Shown: positions 31,499 through 44,649 of the stretch, one piece after another
Layout: every line of letters begins with the position of its first letter
How positions within the stretch are numbered: position 1 is the stretch's first letter
Assembly (NCBI GenBank): GCA_009602725.1
Contig: WELB01000025.1
Location: 570,989 to 634,988 of the forward strand
Source of the DNA: Spirogloea muscicola
Taxonomy: Eukaryota
DNA: 64,000 nucleotides
Reading direction: 5' to 3'
The notes under the pieces: model-generated
What the model was told of the DNA's origin: nothing
The model's database searches: none
Seen by the model: the letters and a program-made list of their open reading frames with translations, nothing else
Position numbers and translations under genes: made by a program

Positions 31499-34400
31499 GC
31501 GCGGGAGAAGGAGGCCAAGAAGGCCAAGGCCGCCGCCAAGGCCGCCGCTGCCGCGGTCGCCAAGGCCGCCGAGGTTGCCTGCGCTTCTCCTCCCTCCCTC
31601 CCTTCCCCCCCTCCCTCTCTCTCTCCCTCCCGCCTCCCTCTCTCCCCTTCCCCCCCTCCTCTCCCTCTCTCCTCCCCCTTCCCTCCCCTCAATTGACGAA
31701 GATAACATGGACTGCGGTGTTGCTCGCCGCAGCTTCTCAGACGGCAAGTGCACCTGGACCTGCACCTCTCAGGCGCTCACCACCTGCATTGTCCCCCACC
31801 TGTGCCAGCCCTCCAAGAAGGAGGAGAAGAAGACGAAGAAGGCCGCCGCGGCCACCGAGGAGGAACCGAGCGACGCCGTCGACCCGGAGACCGTGCCCGG
31901 CGAGCGCAAGCGCCTGGCGCCGCAGATGGCCAAGGCCTACAGCCCCCGCGCCGTCGAGGCCAGGCGCGCGCCCACACTGGCCCGGCCTCTGCAAAACGGC
32001 GCGGCGGTCTTACTTGTGCTATCTGCAATTGAAGTGGCAGAGAGGGAGAGAGGGAGAGATAGAGCTCATGATCTCTGCTACGTTGCGGCCGTTGCAGGTG
32101 GTACGAGTGGTGGGAGAAGTGCGGCTTCTTCACCGGCGACCCTGCGAGCGCCAAGCCTAAGTTCACGATGGTCCGCTGGCCACCCTCCCTCCTCGCCTTC
32201 TCTCCACCTCATCGTTCTTCCTTGGCCCCCCCCCTCCCTCCCCACCTCTCCTGCTCCCTGCAGCCCCTCCCTCCATCCCTCACTCCCTCCTCCTCACGCA
32301 GCGCCCGGCTCCCTCCCTCCTCCCTCCCTCTCCTTGGAGCGCAGGTGATACCGCCGCCGAACGTGACGGGCGCTCTGCACATCGGGCACGCGCTGACGTC
32401 GGCGGTGGAGGACGCGATCGTGCGGTGGCGGCGCATGGCCGGGTGGGAGGTGTGCTGGGTGCCCGGCGTGGACCATGCGGGCATCGCCACGCAGGTCGTC
32501 GTGGAGAAGAAGCTCATGCGTGAGCGCGGGGCCACCCGTCACGACCTCGGCCGCGACGCCTTTGTCGCCGAGGTGACCTGGAAATCAATCCGTGATGTAT
32601 TCCCCTGTGGGCTCCAGCCATGAAGGCAGCCACACTGCGCTCTAGACGAGGTCTAGGGGTTTACGTTTTAAGGGTTTAAGGTTTATGCCTCAAACCCTTG
32701 ACCCACATGCGGTGGGCGCAGGTGTGGAAGTGGAAGGAGGAGTATGGGAACCGCATACTGATGCAGCAGCGGCGGCTCGGCGCGTCGCTCGACTGGACGC
32801 GCGAGGTGGGCCACTGCGTCTGCAGCCGCCGCAACCTCAAAGGCAAAATCGCTTGAAAGCTAATAAATGTTACACTTAGCTAGAAATAGTATAGAGCACC
32901 AATCTGCAGATGTGGGGGTTGAGGGCGGCTGCTGCACTGCAGTGGCGAGCACCCATCTGTCAGACTCTTCTGCACCGCACCTCTCCTCTCTCTGTGCTCA
33001 CATCCTGCCTCTTCTTTCTCTATCTTCCTCCTCCTCCCCTCTCCTGTCTGCCCTGCGTCTGCCCTCTGGTCTGCCTGCTTGCAGTGCTTCACGATGGACG
33101 AGAAGCTCTCCAAAGCCGTGACCGCTGCGTTCGTGCAGCTCCATGACCGTGGCCTCGTGTACAGGTCAGCTAGCCCCTCCTCCCCCTACCCGAGCACGCC
33201 TTCTCGACATGGCCCATTGCGTGGCCTGCCGCCGCAGCCGTTATCGTCGCCACCATCGCTGCCACCAAAGCTTGACATGGCGGCTCCATGACTGTGGCCT
33301 TGACTCCTGGTACACTCGCGGGCGTGGCAGGGACAACCGGCTCGTGAACTGGGACTGCGTCCTGCGCACTGCCGTGTCGGACATCGAGGTACGTGGGCAG
33401 ATGGCAGTGTGTGGGGACGAGGGTTGGGGCTTAGGCTTGAGTTGAGCTTTGCGGCTTCTGGGGGCAGCGGTCAACCGACTGCTCGCTCGGCCTCGCGAGC
33501 TGCGGCAGGGACACTGCCGGCCACGCTCCGCGGTGGCGAACAGGCGTGACACGTGAGTTCCGTGGCGGCGGCGGTGCGCGCTCGCTCGCTAGGTGGACTA
33601 CCAGGACATCAAGGCGCGGACGGCTGTCAAGGTGCCCGGCTACGACGAGCCCGTGGAGTTTGGCGCGCTGACGCAGTTTGCGTACGTCCTGGCCGATCCG
33701 CCGCCCGGCGGGCCCGCCGAGATCGTCGTCGCGACCACGCGGCCGGAGACGATGCTCGGCGACACTGCAATCGCAGTCCACCCCGGTGATGCACGGTACA
33801 AGGTGCTGCACGGCCACCTTGCTGTGCACCCCTTCATCAACGGGCGCCGCATCCCCATCATTGCCGACGAGATGGCCGACCCCGAGCTTGGCACTGGCGC
33901 CGTCAAGGTGCGAGACTGTACCTTGACCTCTGCAATCAGTCCCCTCTGACCTCCCTCCTCTCCTACGCTTCCTCCTCTTTTCCTCCTCGCCCCATGCACG
34001 CTCCTTCCTCCCTCCTAACCCCTGCCTTTGCTGCCTTGCCACTTCTCATCTCACGAACATCTTGATCTCAGCTCTATCTGGAGTTCAGATTATAAGTATT
34101 TTCAACATCAAGACTCATGCTTCAGCCCTTAAGCTCATTTGAGTTTCGTTCTTTGTCTTGCGTAGTAGGATCTCCAACTCCGTGCTCTGTATCCAAGTTG
34201 TCCTGTCTCATCGGTTGTATCTTGAGTCTTGTGCAAGTTCGATGCTGTGGCGCTGGATCACCCAGAGCTTCTCGGTGCTACTGCAGATCACGCCAGCACA
34301 TGACCCCAAGGACTTTGCTTGCGGGCGGCGGCACGGCCTGGACTTCATCAACATCTTTACTGATGACGGTTGCATCAACAGCAATGGCGGCGAGTTTGCC

Positions 34401-37400
34401 GGGCAGCGGCGCTTCGACGCACGCAAGAGCGTCATCAGGGCACTGCAGGACAAGGTAGGCCCGCTTGGTCGCAACTCGCGCTGGGCTCACGTTGTGTCTT
34501 GCTAGCGCTCATAGCTCGACAGATTGTTGCGATTGTAGCAACAACCATACGATTGGGGTCATGCTGCTGCAGGGCCTATACCGTGGCGTGGCCGATAATG
34601 AGATGCGGCTTGGGTTCTGCTCGCGCTCCAAGGACGTGATCGAGCCGATGATCAAGCCGCAGTGGTACGTGCGCATGGAGACGCTCGGCGCCGCAGCAAT
34701 GGCGGCGGCTGCGGATGGTCGCCTCGAGATCCTCCCACCTGAGCACATTGCGACGTGGAACAGGTACGGCGCATGTCTGTCACAACAGTGTTTTGCACAA
34801 AGTGGCGCTGTCCTTCTGGCGACGCCTGCAGCGGGGTTTATATTACGCTGGCCTTCGTGATTCACGACTGAGATCCAAATGCTCACGGCCTGCCAGGTGA
34901 CTCGTGTTGACTGCGTCAGGTGGTTGGAGGGCATCCGCGACTGGTGCATCTCCCGGCAGCTCTGGTGGGGCCACCAGATCCCAGCGTGGTACGCTGCGCT
35001 TCCCGGGGACGCCAACCGGGAGCTCGGCGCGGCTGCCGACCGCTGGGTGGTCGCCCACGACGAGGCCGAGGCGTGGGAGGCGGCCAGGCGCCGCTTCGGC
35101 GGCGAGGTAGCGCTGACACGCGACCCGGACGTGCTCGACACATGGTTCTCGTCGGGCCTCTTCCCGTTCTCGGTCTTCGGGTGGCCGGACGCGTCGCCGG
35201 AGCTGGACGCCTTCTACCCGACTGCCCTCCTCGAGACGGGCCATGACATCCTCTTCTTCTGGGTTGCCCGCATGGTCATGCTCGGCATGGAGCTCACCGG
35301 CAAGGTCCCCTTCAAGCAGGTGCGCAATGCGTGCCATTGTCCTTTTGCATGTCTTTGTTTGTCCTCCAAATTACATGAGAAGATAGATCTTGCCAGACAT
35401 GCTGCACTGAGGACCATCCATGGATCTTAACTAGGACTTTCATTTTCATAATTGTCAGAGTTGAAGCTAAGACTCTGATGCGCTCATGACTCTGAGCACT
35501 GGTCTCATTTTTTGCCAAGCGTGCTACTGCTGCTGGCGCTCATCTATGGCAGGTCTTTCTTCATGCCATGGTGCGCGATGCTCACGGCCGGAAAATGTCC
35601 AAGTCTCTGGGCAACGTCGTTGACCCACTTCAGGTGATCGATGGCGTCACACTCGCCGAGCTCCATGAGCAGCTGGAGGGCGGCAACCTGGACCCCCGGG
35701 AGGTTGCCATTGCCAAGGAAGGGCAGCGTGCTGACTTCCCCAACGGCATTGCTGAGTGCGGCTGCGACGCCCTGCGCTTCGCCCTCCTGGCCTACACAGC
35801 CCAGGTCAGCAACATCACGATCTAGATGTCTATGTCCTGCTTGACCAAAAGAAGAATATATACACAAGTGATAGCCCAAGTGCGGCTGGGACTTTCTCGT
35901 CACCCCTCCTTGATTGTGCACTAGTTGAGCATCACTTATTGATTGATCAAACGGCATTTGCTAAGGTACTTTGTAGACCCACCATTTCTTGTTATGCAGT
36001 CGGTGAATATCAACCTGGACATCCAGCGAGTGGTAGGCTACCGGCTCTGGTGCAACAAGCTCTGGAATGCCATCCGCTTTGCAATGCTCAATCTTGGCTC
36101 CGATTTCGTGCCCTCCTCTCCGCCGCCCTCCCCAAATTCTCTACCATTTGAGTGCAGGTAAGGCACTGCAAGCAAGTGTTAGAAAAGTATTTTATTTGAA
36201 TAAAGAGAATTTCTCCTGCAGTTGCGATGTCATGTCAGACACCTTCTTGGTCTGCTTTTGTATTCCTGGTTGCAGGTGGATTTTGTCCACCCTCAACTCC
36301 ACAATCGAGAGGACAATTGCCTTGCTGGAGGCATACGACTTTGCCAATGCCACAACAGCAGTATATGCTTGGTGGCAGTATCGCCTTTGCGACGTGTTCA
36401 TTGAGCTTATCAAGCCGACGATGAGCGCGGACGGGATAGACGAGCTGAAGCAGGCGACACGAGACACGTTGCATGCGTGCCTTGACAATGGGTTACGGTT
36501 GCTGCATCCCTTCATGCCCTTTGTTACTGAGGAGCTATGGCAGCGGCTGCCAAAGAGGAGGGAGGAGAATGGAGGTGACCCGCGACCAACGATCATGCTC
36601 GCGCCTTACCCCACGCCTCAACAGGTGCTTCACCTTTGCGCATGCTCAAATGTGTGCCTCATCAAACACCTTCAGTTCCTGTCTGTTTCAGCTGTAGAGC
36701 CTAGGGTAAAGGTTTCAGATAATGCATTCAGGTCAGATGTAGGAATTCTTTTAGATGGGTTCGTTCAAGTGCCGGGATCAATAACATCTGGCAAAATCTA
36801 TGAGGATGCGTTATTAGGTTATAAGGTATTTGATTCATTGCAGAAGTGGAGCTGCCCGCAAGCGGAGGCTGAGATGGCCAGGATGGAGGGTGTTGCGCGC
36901 TCCATTCGGTCCCTGCGAACCAGCTACAACCTCCAACCCAAACAGAAGTAAGTACTACAAGCAAACTGCACCTTCCTCATGCTGACCCTTGCCTTCTGTC
37001 AATCTCCATTGACTATCATCTATCGTTTCTGGCTCTCATTGCCGTCCTCAATCTCCAGGCCCAAGCTCTTCCTGCTTTGCAAGAATGAGGCTACAGAGGC
37101 TGGCATGAAGATGCTTGCGCCGGCACTGTGCACAATGGCCACGCTATCCTCCGCCGAGGTTGGCCAGTGACCTCCTATGGCACAGTGACTTTGAAGGATG
37201 CTGCTCTGTCCTAGTCAGTTAAGGTCATCAGGACCAGCTTCTCAGTACCATTGTGACAAGCTTCTGATGTTGTTACTCCTTACTGATCTAGGTGGCAGAA
37301 ATACACGAATTTTGATTTTAGCAAATTTGTCCTCCTTGATTTCACAGATTCTGGAGGAGCGCAATGCAATGCCTGCAGGGTGTGCTGTGACGGTAGTGGA

Positions 37401-37812
37401 CGAGGCTCTGACAGCGTACCTAGACCTCCGGGGGCTGCTGGACCCAAGTGCCGAAATTGAGAAGCTACAAAAGAAGCAGGAGGACCTGACTCGGTATATT
37501 GCAGCCGTCAAGGAGGACTCTGACTCTTACTCATTCGTGCAGACATGCTGGTACAGTCAATTGTTTTTGCCACTCTAATCAGATTTTGCAATTCGTTAAA
37601 TAATGCATGTTTTGATGCTGTGGCTTGTCTCCTGCAGGCAGCAGGAGCAGCTCGCCAAGAAGATGGAGGCAGCTGGTTACGAGAAAGTCCCTGCGGCAGT
37701 GCGGGAGGAGAACGCGAGCAAGGCCGCCCGGCTGGCGGCAGAGCTTGAGAGCGTCGCCGAGGCCACTGCAAATTTCCAGCAGCTTCTTATTGAGGCTGAC
37801 GCTAACAGCTGA
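31499..37812 (+). CDS. VARS: Valyl-tRNA synthetase (cytosolic type), multi-exon; start lost in gap
   Basis: [13 protein letters not shown] (HIGH motif), [100 protein letters not shown]. Confidence 0.96.
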
Positions 37813-38511
37813 CATGTGGCATGAATACCATTTACATCAACATTCATTGATTCACTTGACCGGTGCCTTTTGCAAGTTACTTTCAGCAGAAGTCTGAGGT
37901 TAGCAGGAGGCAATCGTCAATCCTTGCCCCAATGTAGCGTATTACCAAGCGAGCAAAGTGGTGGTTACAGGCAGTTGCACACATGGCACAGGTGGCCTTT
38001 GACTGCAAATTATGGCAAAGGGCAGTGCTGGCAGTAGGCCGGCAGACAGGAAGATATGCCACCAGGGGTGTCGTGAATGTCTAGCAATGGGGCTCTACAG
38101 CAGCAAGCTGAAGGCGGCAGTTTGCATGACCAATGTGGCTAGGTCCTGCCACTCATTCAGTAGTAGGTATGCGGTTGGCGTTCTGCAACAAGAAGAGATA
38201 TGTCAGTAGAAAGCCAAGGTGCCACTGCCCTGTCCCTGCCCCCCATGTTCACCATAACGGAGCCATCCGACGAAGCCATTCGCAAGGTGGACAAGGTCGG
38301 CACACAGTCTCTCTCCCACTTGTTGGGTCAGGCTCGTTAGAGGTGAATCAACACAGAATTTTGAATCCACTCTCTCCCTCACATCTCTCTTCCCATGTGG
38401 CACCTCTCACTTCTCATGTGGCGCCGAGGTAGACTGACACCTTGCCAGTCCCTCATAACCAACTTCTTGTGTAACTCCCCTTCAGTGAGTACCATTGCTA
38501 AGCTAAACGGC

Positions 38512-39376
38512 TCATCTGCCAAAGAGGCGAGAGAAGAAGTTGCCCTTGGGCGCGGCCTCGGCGCAGGCAACGTGGGCGTAGCGCCCAGACGAATCCTTCT
38601 GCCGTGGCTCCCGGGACGTGTCCTTGCCGCAGTAGCGGCACCTCTTGTCCACCCAACCCTCCTCCACATAGTCGCCCGCCACTGCAACAAAGTGGAGAGG
38701 TGTGAGAGAAGCAGACCAAGAGCTTCGCACGGCAGGGTGGTCATAGAGCTGTACATAGAAGGTCATCTGCAAGAGCATATCAAAGGTAATAAGCGCAAAA
38801 ATAATAGGCTCCAGGCTGGGATAAGACCGAGGCGTAAGGGTCATCGTGCTGGGCCAAAAGAGGGGATTAAGCAGCGAAGACAGACCGTCTACGAAGTCCT
38901 TGAAGTAGTTCTTGGCAGTGCCGCCGATCTTGCGCTTCAGCGCCGAATACTGCAGAAGGAGGGCACTCGGTACAGGGGTGTATGGGATTATGCGACTCTC
39001 GCCAAGTGCTGGACGCTCATCACCACCAGTGCTCACTTGCGCTGAGTGACTTTGACTGGAGCTCGGTGAGCGGTACCTGCTCCTTGGACATCTTCTCGCC
39101 AGCACGCGTCGCGGCACGGGCGTCGGCAATGAGGTACTCGCTATCCCGTGGCGGCGGGCCCGTCTCTCGGTCATCCTTGGCGGCCGCGGCGCGGACGGCT
39201 GCCCTCAGCTGCTGCTGGCCGCCGCCCCAGCGGGCAGCGGATGTCGCAAAGGTGGTGGCCCGAGGAAGCTCCAATGCAGGGCGCACGGTCGCCATCGTCG
39301 GGCAGCCCACCTCGCGTTCGAGGCCCCGTCGCCCACCACTGCACGCCCAGCTCCAGCTCGGAGCTGTGGCAGCCAC
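38512..39376 (-). CDS. Small plant-type protein, probable plastid transit peptide, C-terminal CxxC...HxxC putative Zn site; 3 exons
   Basis: GT-AG exons (..39077; 38949-38886; 38681-38512) splice in frame to ..EKMSKEQ|YSALKRKIGGTAKNYFKDFVD|VAGDYVEEGWVDKRCRYCGKD..YAHVACAE..NFFSRLFGR*. Start at 39376 or 39295. Confidence 0.75.
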
Positions 39377-39726
39377 GGCAAGGTGCGCGGCCGCAAGAAG
39401 AGACGTCCCACAGCTTAGCGAGGCGCCGCTGGCTTAGCTGCCACTCGGCTCTCTCTGGCAGCGGCTCGCCTCAACTGGGCGCCGCGGCACTGCGGGCTTC
39501 CGCGGCGGCGGCGGGAGGCCCTCCAGCGTGCTCACCGCCAAGTGGCGCCGCCATGGCCGCCACAGTCGACGTGGGCGCCCACGTCGGCGTCCGCCTCCCG
39601 AGCGCGAGTCCTCGCTCGCGGCAATTGCTGTGGGCATGGAGACCACTTGTCACTCACATTGTAGGCATTTCGCATGCTCGTGGGGTACCGTTGGCTGCGC
39701 TTATGCTCCGAGCCACCGTCATTCCT

Positions 39727-41310
39727 CGAGAGTAACATTCCTCGGCGTCCCCTTCGGCCACTCCTTCGGCTCACCAGCCTTCGTGGTGGAAGCAGCTGCA
39801 GGCGCGGCTGCAGGCGCGGAGCACCTCCTGCCGGCGGACCGCCTCCTAGAGCTGCACAACGTGCAGCCGGCGGCCGCCATGCTGGCCCGGTGTGTTGCAC
39901 AGCGGCCGCACTATCCGGCCCGCGCCCTCCCTCCCTCACCGGCGGTGACGGCGGCGTACGCGTCGCTCGACACGGGCATCCTGGCGAGCGCGGCCTCCCT
40001 CATCCAACACCCCGCCCACTTGCGCGCGCCTGTGAGGCGGCATACCTGGGCAGCTGGGCACTGGTCGCCGCTCCCATCTGCCAGCGCTTCATCGTCCACG
40101 GCAACCGCGCCCTGGAGCGGGCGGCAGCTGACGCGGAGAACGGCCAGCTGCCCTTCCGGGCTGCCCTCCGCCACGCCCGCGACGGGCTCCTGGCGGCTCA
40201 CCCCGACTTGCCGGAGCAGGCCGTCCCATTCCTGCACCTCGCCCACACCCTGACCTGCGTGCCCAGGCACGCTCCATGGCGCTGGTGGAGATGGTGGCCT
40301 TCGACAAGACGGTGGAGCTCCTACTCCAGCACGACCTTTGAGGGCGCGCCATGCTCCTGTCGGCCTCCTCCCCCGTGGCGGCGGCGTGGTTATCAGCGCT
40401 CCCAATTTACGCTGCGCTCACCATGCCCGACGCGGTCTTAAGGACGGCGGTCCACCGGCTCCTGGGCCGCCTCCCTCCCTGCCTCATTGGTGTCGTGCAG
40501 TGCGAGTGCGGTGCCCGCCACGCCGACGCTGCGGAGCTGGCTGCCCACATGCTCCGCTGTGCGCACGGAGGCGAGAGGACCGGACGACCTCCTGAGGGAC
40601 GGCATGCAGGGCGTGTTCATGGAGGCGGGCTACAAGGTGGCCGTGGAGAACACCGCAATTTCTCATCCAGCTGGGCGCGGACGGTCAGCTCCACACCCGG
40701 CGCGCTGACCTGGTCGCCATCCCGTTCCCGCATCATCGCGGATGTGACTACCGACTGGGTCGACTCCGCCAACCTCACCAGATCGGCGTCGACCGCATGG
40801 CACGCGGTCAGCCTGGCGGCCCGTGGCAAGGAGCTTTAGTACGCTGACCACCCTGCTGGTGATGAATTCGCGGCACTGGCGATTGACGTCCACGGGGCTT
40901 TCGGCAGTCGCTGGCTGAATTTCCACCAGCGGCTTGCCCGGCAGGCCATCGATCGGCGGCCGGGTAAGCCAGGGGAGCTGCCCGGCTTCAACGCTGCCGG
41001 CTCGCTTAGCGCAGGTATTTCTCATGCGGTTGCCGGTCTCGATCCAGCGCTCCCTGGCTCACGCAGTCCACTCGCGAGCTGCCGCGCTATGGCTGCTGCA
41101 TCTGGGTCTAGGCGGAATGCCTCTTTCCCAACTGCGAGTTACTCGGACTTGCTGCTGCTCACTCGTGGGTACTAAGCTTCCCTCTGCGACGTCTCGAGTC
41201 TAGCTGTGTAGTTTTCTTTTCGGTACCTTTTTTGGCCCGTTGGAATTTTGTCCATTCTTTTTGGGCTGGCCTTTGCCAGCTCCTCTTCTCTATGGGCGAG
41301 CCATTTTCTT
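39727..41310 (+). mobile_element. CRE-like retroelement, 5'-truncated, frameshifted copy (post-RT region, CCHC, endonuclease, tail)
   Basis: VTFLGVPFG, AWLSALP, CECGARHADAAELAAHMLRCAHGGERT. Collinear DNA similarity with 61049-62490; hairpin tail at about 41263-41281. Confidence 0.9.
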
Positions 41311-42798
41311 CTCGAAGGTGGGCCTAGAAGCCAGCCTTCCAGAAACCCCTGGGGAGGGTGGCACACGAAGCACCATAAGTAGGGCTGAGTCCAGACTCGG
41401 GGAACTCCGGTCAGGATCAGTGAGGCCCACGAGAAAGAGAGAGGCACAGCCCTGCTGCTGCCTGCTGCCACAGCCCGTTGACGCAGCCCTGTTGTTGCCT
41501 GCTGCTGCAGCCCGTCGCTGCGGATCTTCACCGGCGCTTCTGTGAGTAGTCTGTGGCTGCTCCCCTTGGGGGACAGTTGCTGGCCCGTGCCCGAGAGGTG
41601 AGTTGCCGCCTGTCGACGGCGCCTCAGGGCAAGGTATTCCGCTGCGTTGTATGCGGGGTGCTTCACTAGTTGGAGGTTCGGGCGCTGAGGAGCCTTTCCC
41701 TGACCAAATCTTTTCGACAAGTACGGATACTGGAGCATGTGCTAGGCTCGTACTTGCTTTGACTACCATCTTCTGAACATTGTCTCGAAGCCGGTGGGCT
41801 TATGGTGCTTGACCCAGTGCCACTCGAGCAACTATGACATTTTTCCGGGCATCGTTTGGCTGCATGTAGTGCACCGTTGCGGTCATTAGCTAAAGAAAGA
41901 CTTGTCCTTTTCAACTTCAAGTTCTCTGGCTCTGGCCCGATAAGAAATCGTGTTTCCTGGCTCTTTCCTGGACCCGCTTCAAACCTATATGGGCAATATC
42001 CTCGAGAGAGTGGAAAGGAGGACCATGATGGGTGTGCCGACGAAAGGGGATTCGTGTCCAGGAGACCGGTGTGCGACGCGAAGCGGCGCCGCCTGGGCAG
42101 TGCACGCTCGGTACGAAGCCCGGGGCTTCAGACCGTGCTTAGCTACACATGCACTGGAGCTAAGTCACCGGTACCGTTTGATAAACTGAAACGGTAGCTA
42201 CATACACCGTCACAATGTACTGGCATGGAGGGCACATTACACGGCCTCAGCTAAAGAGAGCGCATTAGGCCATTGACCTATAAAGAAGCCAATGGGCAAT
42301 TCAGAGGGACAGCTGCAATTGTCCAGCCCAAAGGTTGGAGCACCGTCTCTTACTCAGACTTCCAGGACCGAGGTAATACCACGAACGTGTTGTACATGTT
42401 CGGAGGTTCACCTTACAAGTTCGACAATCGAAGACAGAAGTGGCATGATGGCAGCTTATGTGAACAATCATGAGACAGACCTATCTATGTTGGAACAGCA
42501 ATAAGGTAGGATGGCGCTAGTAATTTACACTGTTAATAAAACACTGCTTAGTATCTCGTGATCACCAGTATTTGTAGACTTGTACGAAGACGAATACTTC
42601 TATGAGAGCAGACAGTGGCCTTATACTGCCGATTTCTCAAAATTGATGCCAAATTTGTTCGACTCCTGCGTCGGGCCACTGACATGTATCTATGAGAAAA
42701 TAATATATGGGCAGTGGGAACGCATTGCAGGTGTCAAACGAGCAGCATGGCTAGAAGTGTAACTGCAGCGGAAGTAGTGATGCGCCGCATTGCTAGTT

Positions 42799-42891
42799 GT
42801 GGTGGCCGATGCCAGGCGAGTGGTCGCCAACGCCAGGTGGGTGGTGACCATTGCCAGGCGGGTGGTGGTCATTGCCAGGTGGGTAGTGTCC
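42799..42891. repeat. 21-bp minisatellite, about 4.5 units (continues at 43601-43660)
   Basis: Units gtggtggccgatgccaggcga / gtggtcgccaacgccaggtgg / gtggtgaccattgccaggcgg / gtggtggtcattgccaggtgg. Confidence 0.85.
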
Positions 42892-43600
42892 GTCTCCTTC
42901 GGGACCCGCGCGCTGCACCTGCGTGCCGGCAGAGCCCTCGCTGCTGCCTCTGGCTCTGGCCAGGGGACCCACTTCCAGGAGCCTAGCTTCTCTGACCTGA
43001 GGCCGCTTAGCAGGGATTACTGAGTATTACGTAGCTGCTTTGTTTCTTGTCGTGCTTGTTTTTGTTTGCGCTTCCCCTGGCCCCCTTCTCGTACTTTGTT
43101 CCTTCTTAGACGAGTTCTTCCCGCTCGCCATCGATACGCACGGGGCGCTGGGCGCTCGGTGGCTCGAGCTGCTCAACCAGCTCTCTCGTCTCGCCATTGC
43201 CCGCCGCTTCCATGGGGAGCCGGTGGACTCCCATGCAGCAGGGTCGCTAGCGCAGGTGTACCGCATGCGCTTGGCCGTCTCGCTGCAGAGGTCTATGGTA
43301 CGCGCTCTGCACCTGCGTGCAGGCAGAGCCCTCGCTGCTGCCTCTGGCTCTGGCAAGGGGACCTGCTCCCAGTCTCTCTGACCTGAGGCTGCTTACCAGG
43401 GGTTACTGAGTGCTTCGTAGCTGCTTCGTTTCTTTTCTGAGCTTGTTGTTCTTCGTACTTCCCCTGGCCCCTTCTCGTCCTTTGTTCATTCTTTTCTGGG
43501 CTGGCTTTTTCCAGCCCCTATCCTCGATGGGCGAGCCCTTCTCTCTATTTGGGCTAGCTTTTCCAGCCTCTATCCTCAATGGGCGAGCCCCTTCCTCTGG
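42892..43600 (+). mobile_element. Tandem stack of two CRE-like 3' ends with a duplicated tail
   Basis: Two copies of ALHLRAGRALAAASGSG..SDLR..Y* (about 42910-43023 and 43110-43409); hairpin tails at about 43498 and 43551. Confidence 0.88.
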
Positions 43601-44649
43601 ATGGTGACCAACGCACGCCGGGCGGTGACGGGTGCCGGGCGGGTGGTGACCGGTGTTGGAATCCTGGCGGCCCACGCCTAATCCACGGAGTTGCCTGCTG
43701 TTAACCATGATAACCATTGTAGCAACATGTCAGCACCCACGGATAATAGCCACAGCGCTTATAGTAAGGAAGTGAGCTCTCCCAAAATGGGCGGGGGCTG
43801 TGAAAAGCTTGCACCGCAATTCATACTCCTTTAATCAGAGTCAGATGACTCAGGACTTGCATAATGCCAATCGCCTGATTGCGGCTGCAGCTTAACCTAA
43901 TACCATGGTCATAACCCACTAAAGTGAGGGAAGAGCGACGCATTATGCTAGGTCGCACAGCACTTTTTCCGACCAGCTTCAGGTGAAGGAGGTCCAGAAT
44001 GATGTTGTGACTCGGTCATGCCAAAGACTGCCGCCAGATCAATGCTCCCTTCAGACTTTCCATATGAAGCGATGTGTTGCTTCCTAAGATGCACTCTGCA
44101 CCCCGTTCTCAGCTTCAATAACTTCGGACTATCTAGTAGTGAGTGAGATGGTGCTTGTGGTGCTATTAGCGCTGTACACATAACAGACGCCACCACCACA
44201 TCTGTTGCAAGTCTGTCCTACATGCTTGAGACTTTCCGCAGATATTCAACCGAGCAAGCAGGCGGCTATCATCAATTGCCATGTTTGACAAATGCAAGGG
44301 AGTCTTGGAGGTGGCCACTGCCACACACATCGCAAAGCCGGAATGTGTCCGGATGGACATAGATGCTCAAGCTGTTCTCATTGGCCGTTGCTTTGCTGTG
44401 CAAATTGCACACTATTAAGATTGGTATGGTTTGCCACAACGTGCGGATCACAACGTGCAACAGGAGGCAGAGACAATTTGGTGTCCCAGAAGTATTGTGG
44501 GCATCACTTTGTATGCCTGCATTCCATATTGCGGACATTATGCTCAGCTGTGTGCATGATAAGCAAGGCTAACGCTAGTTGCTGACAACTTACCCCTTGG
44601 TGCCATTGGGCTCTGGATTTGGTCTAGGTAGGACATGACGTGCGAGAGA

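Noticed and set aside
42799..42891. CRISPR array
   Set aside because: Contiguous degenerate tandem units without spacers, in a eukaryotic context with no cas genes.
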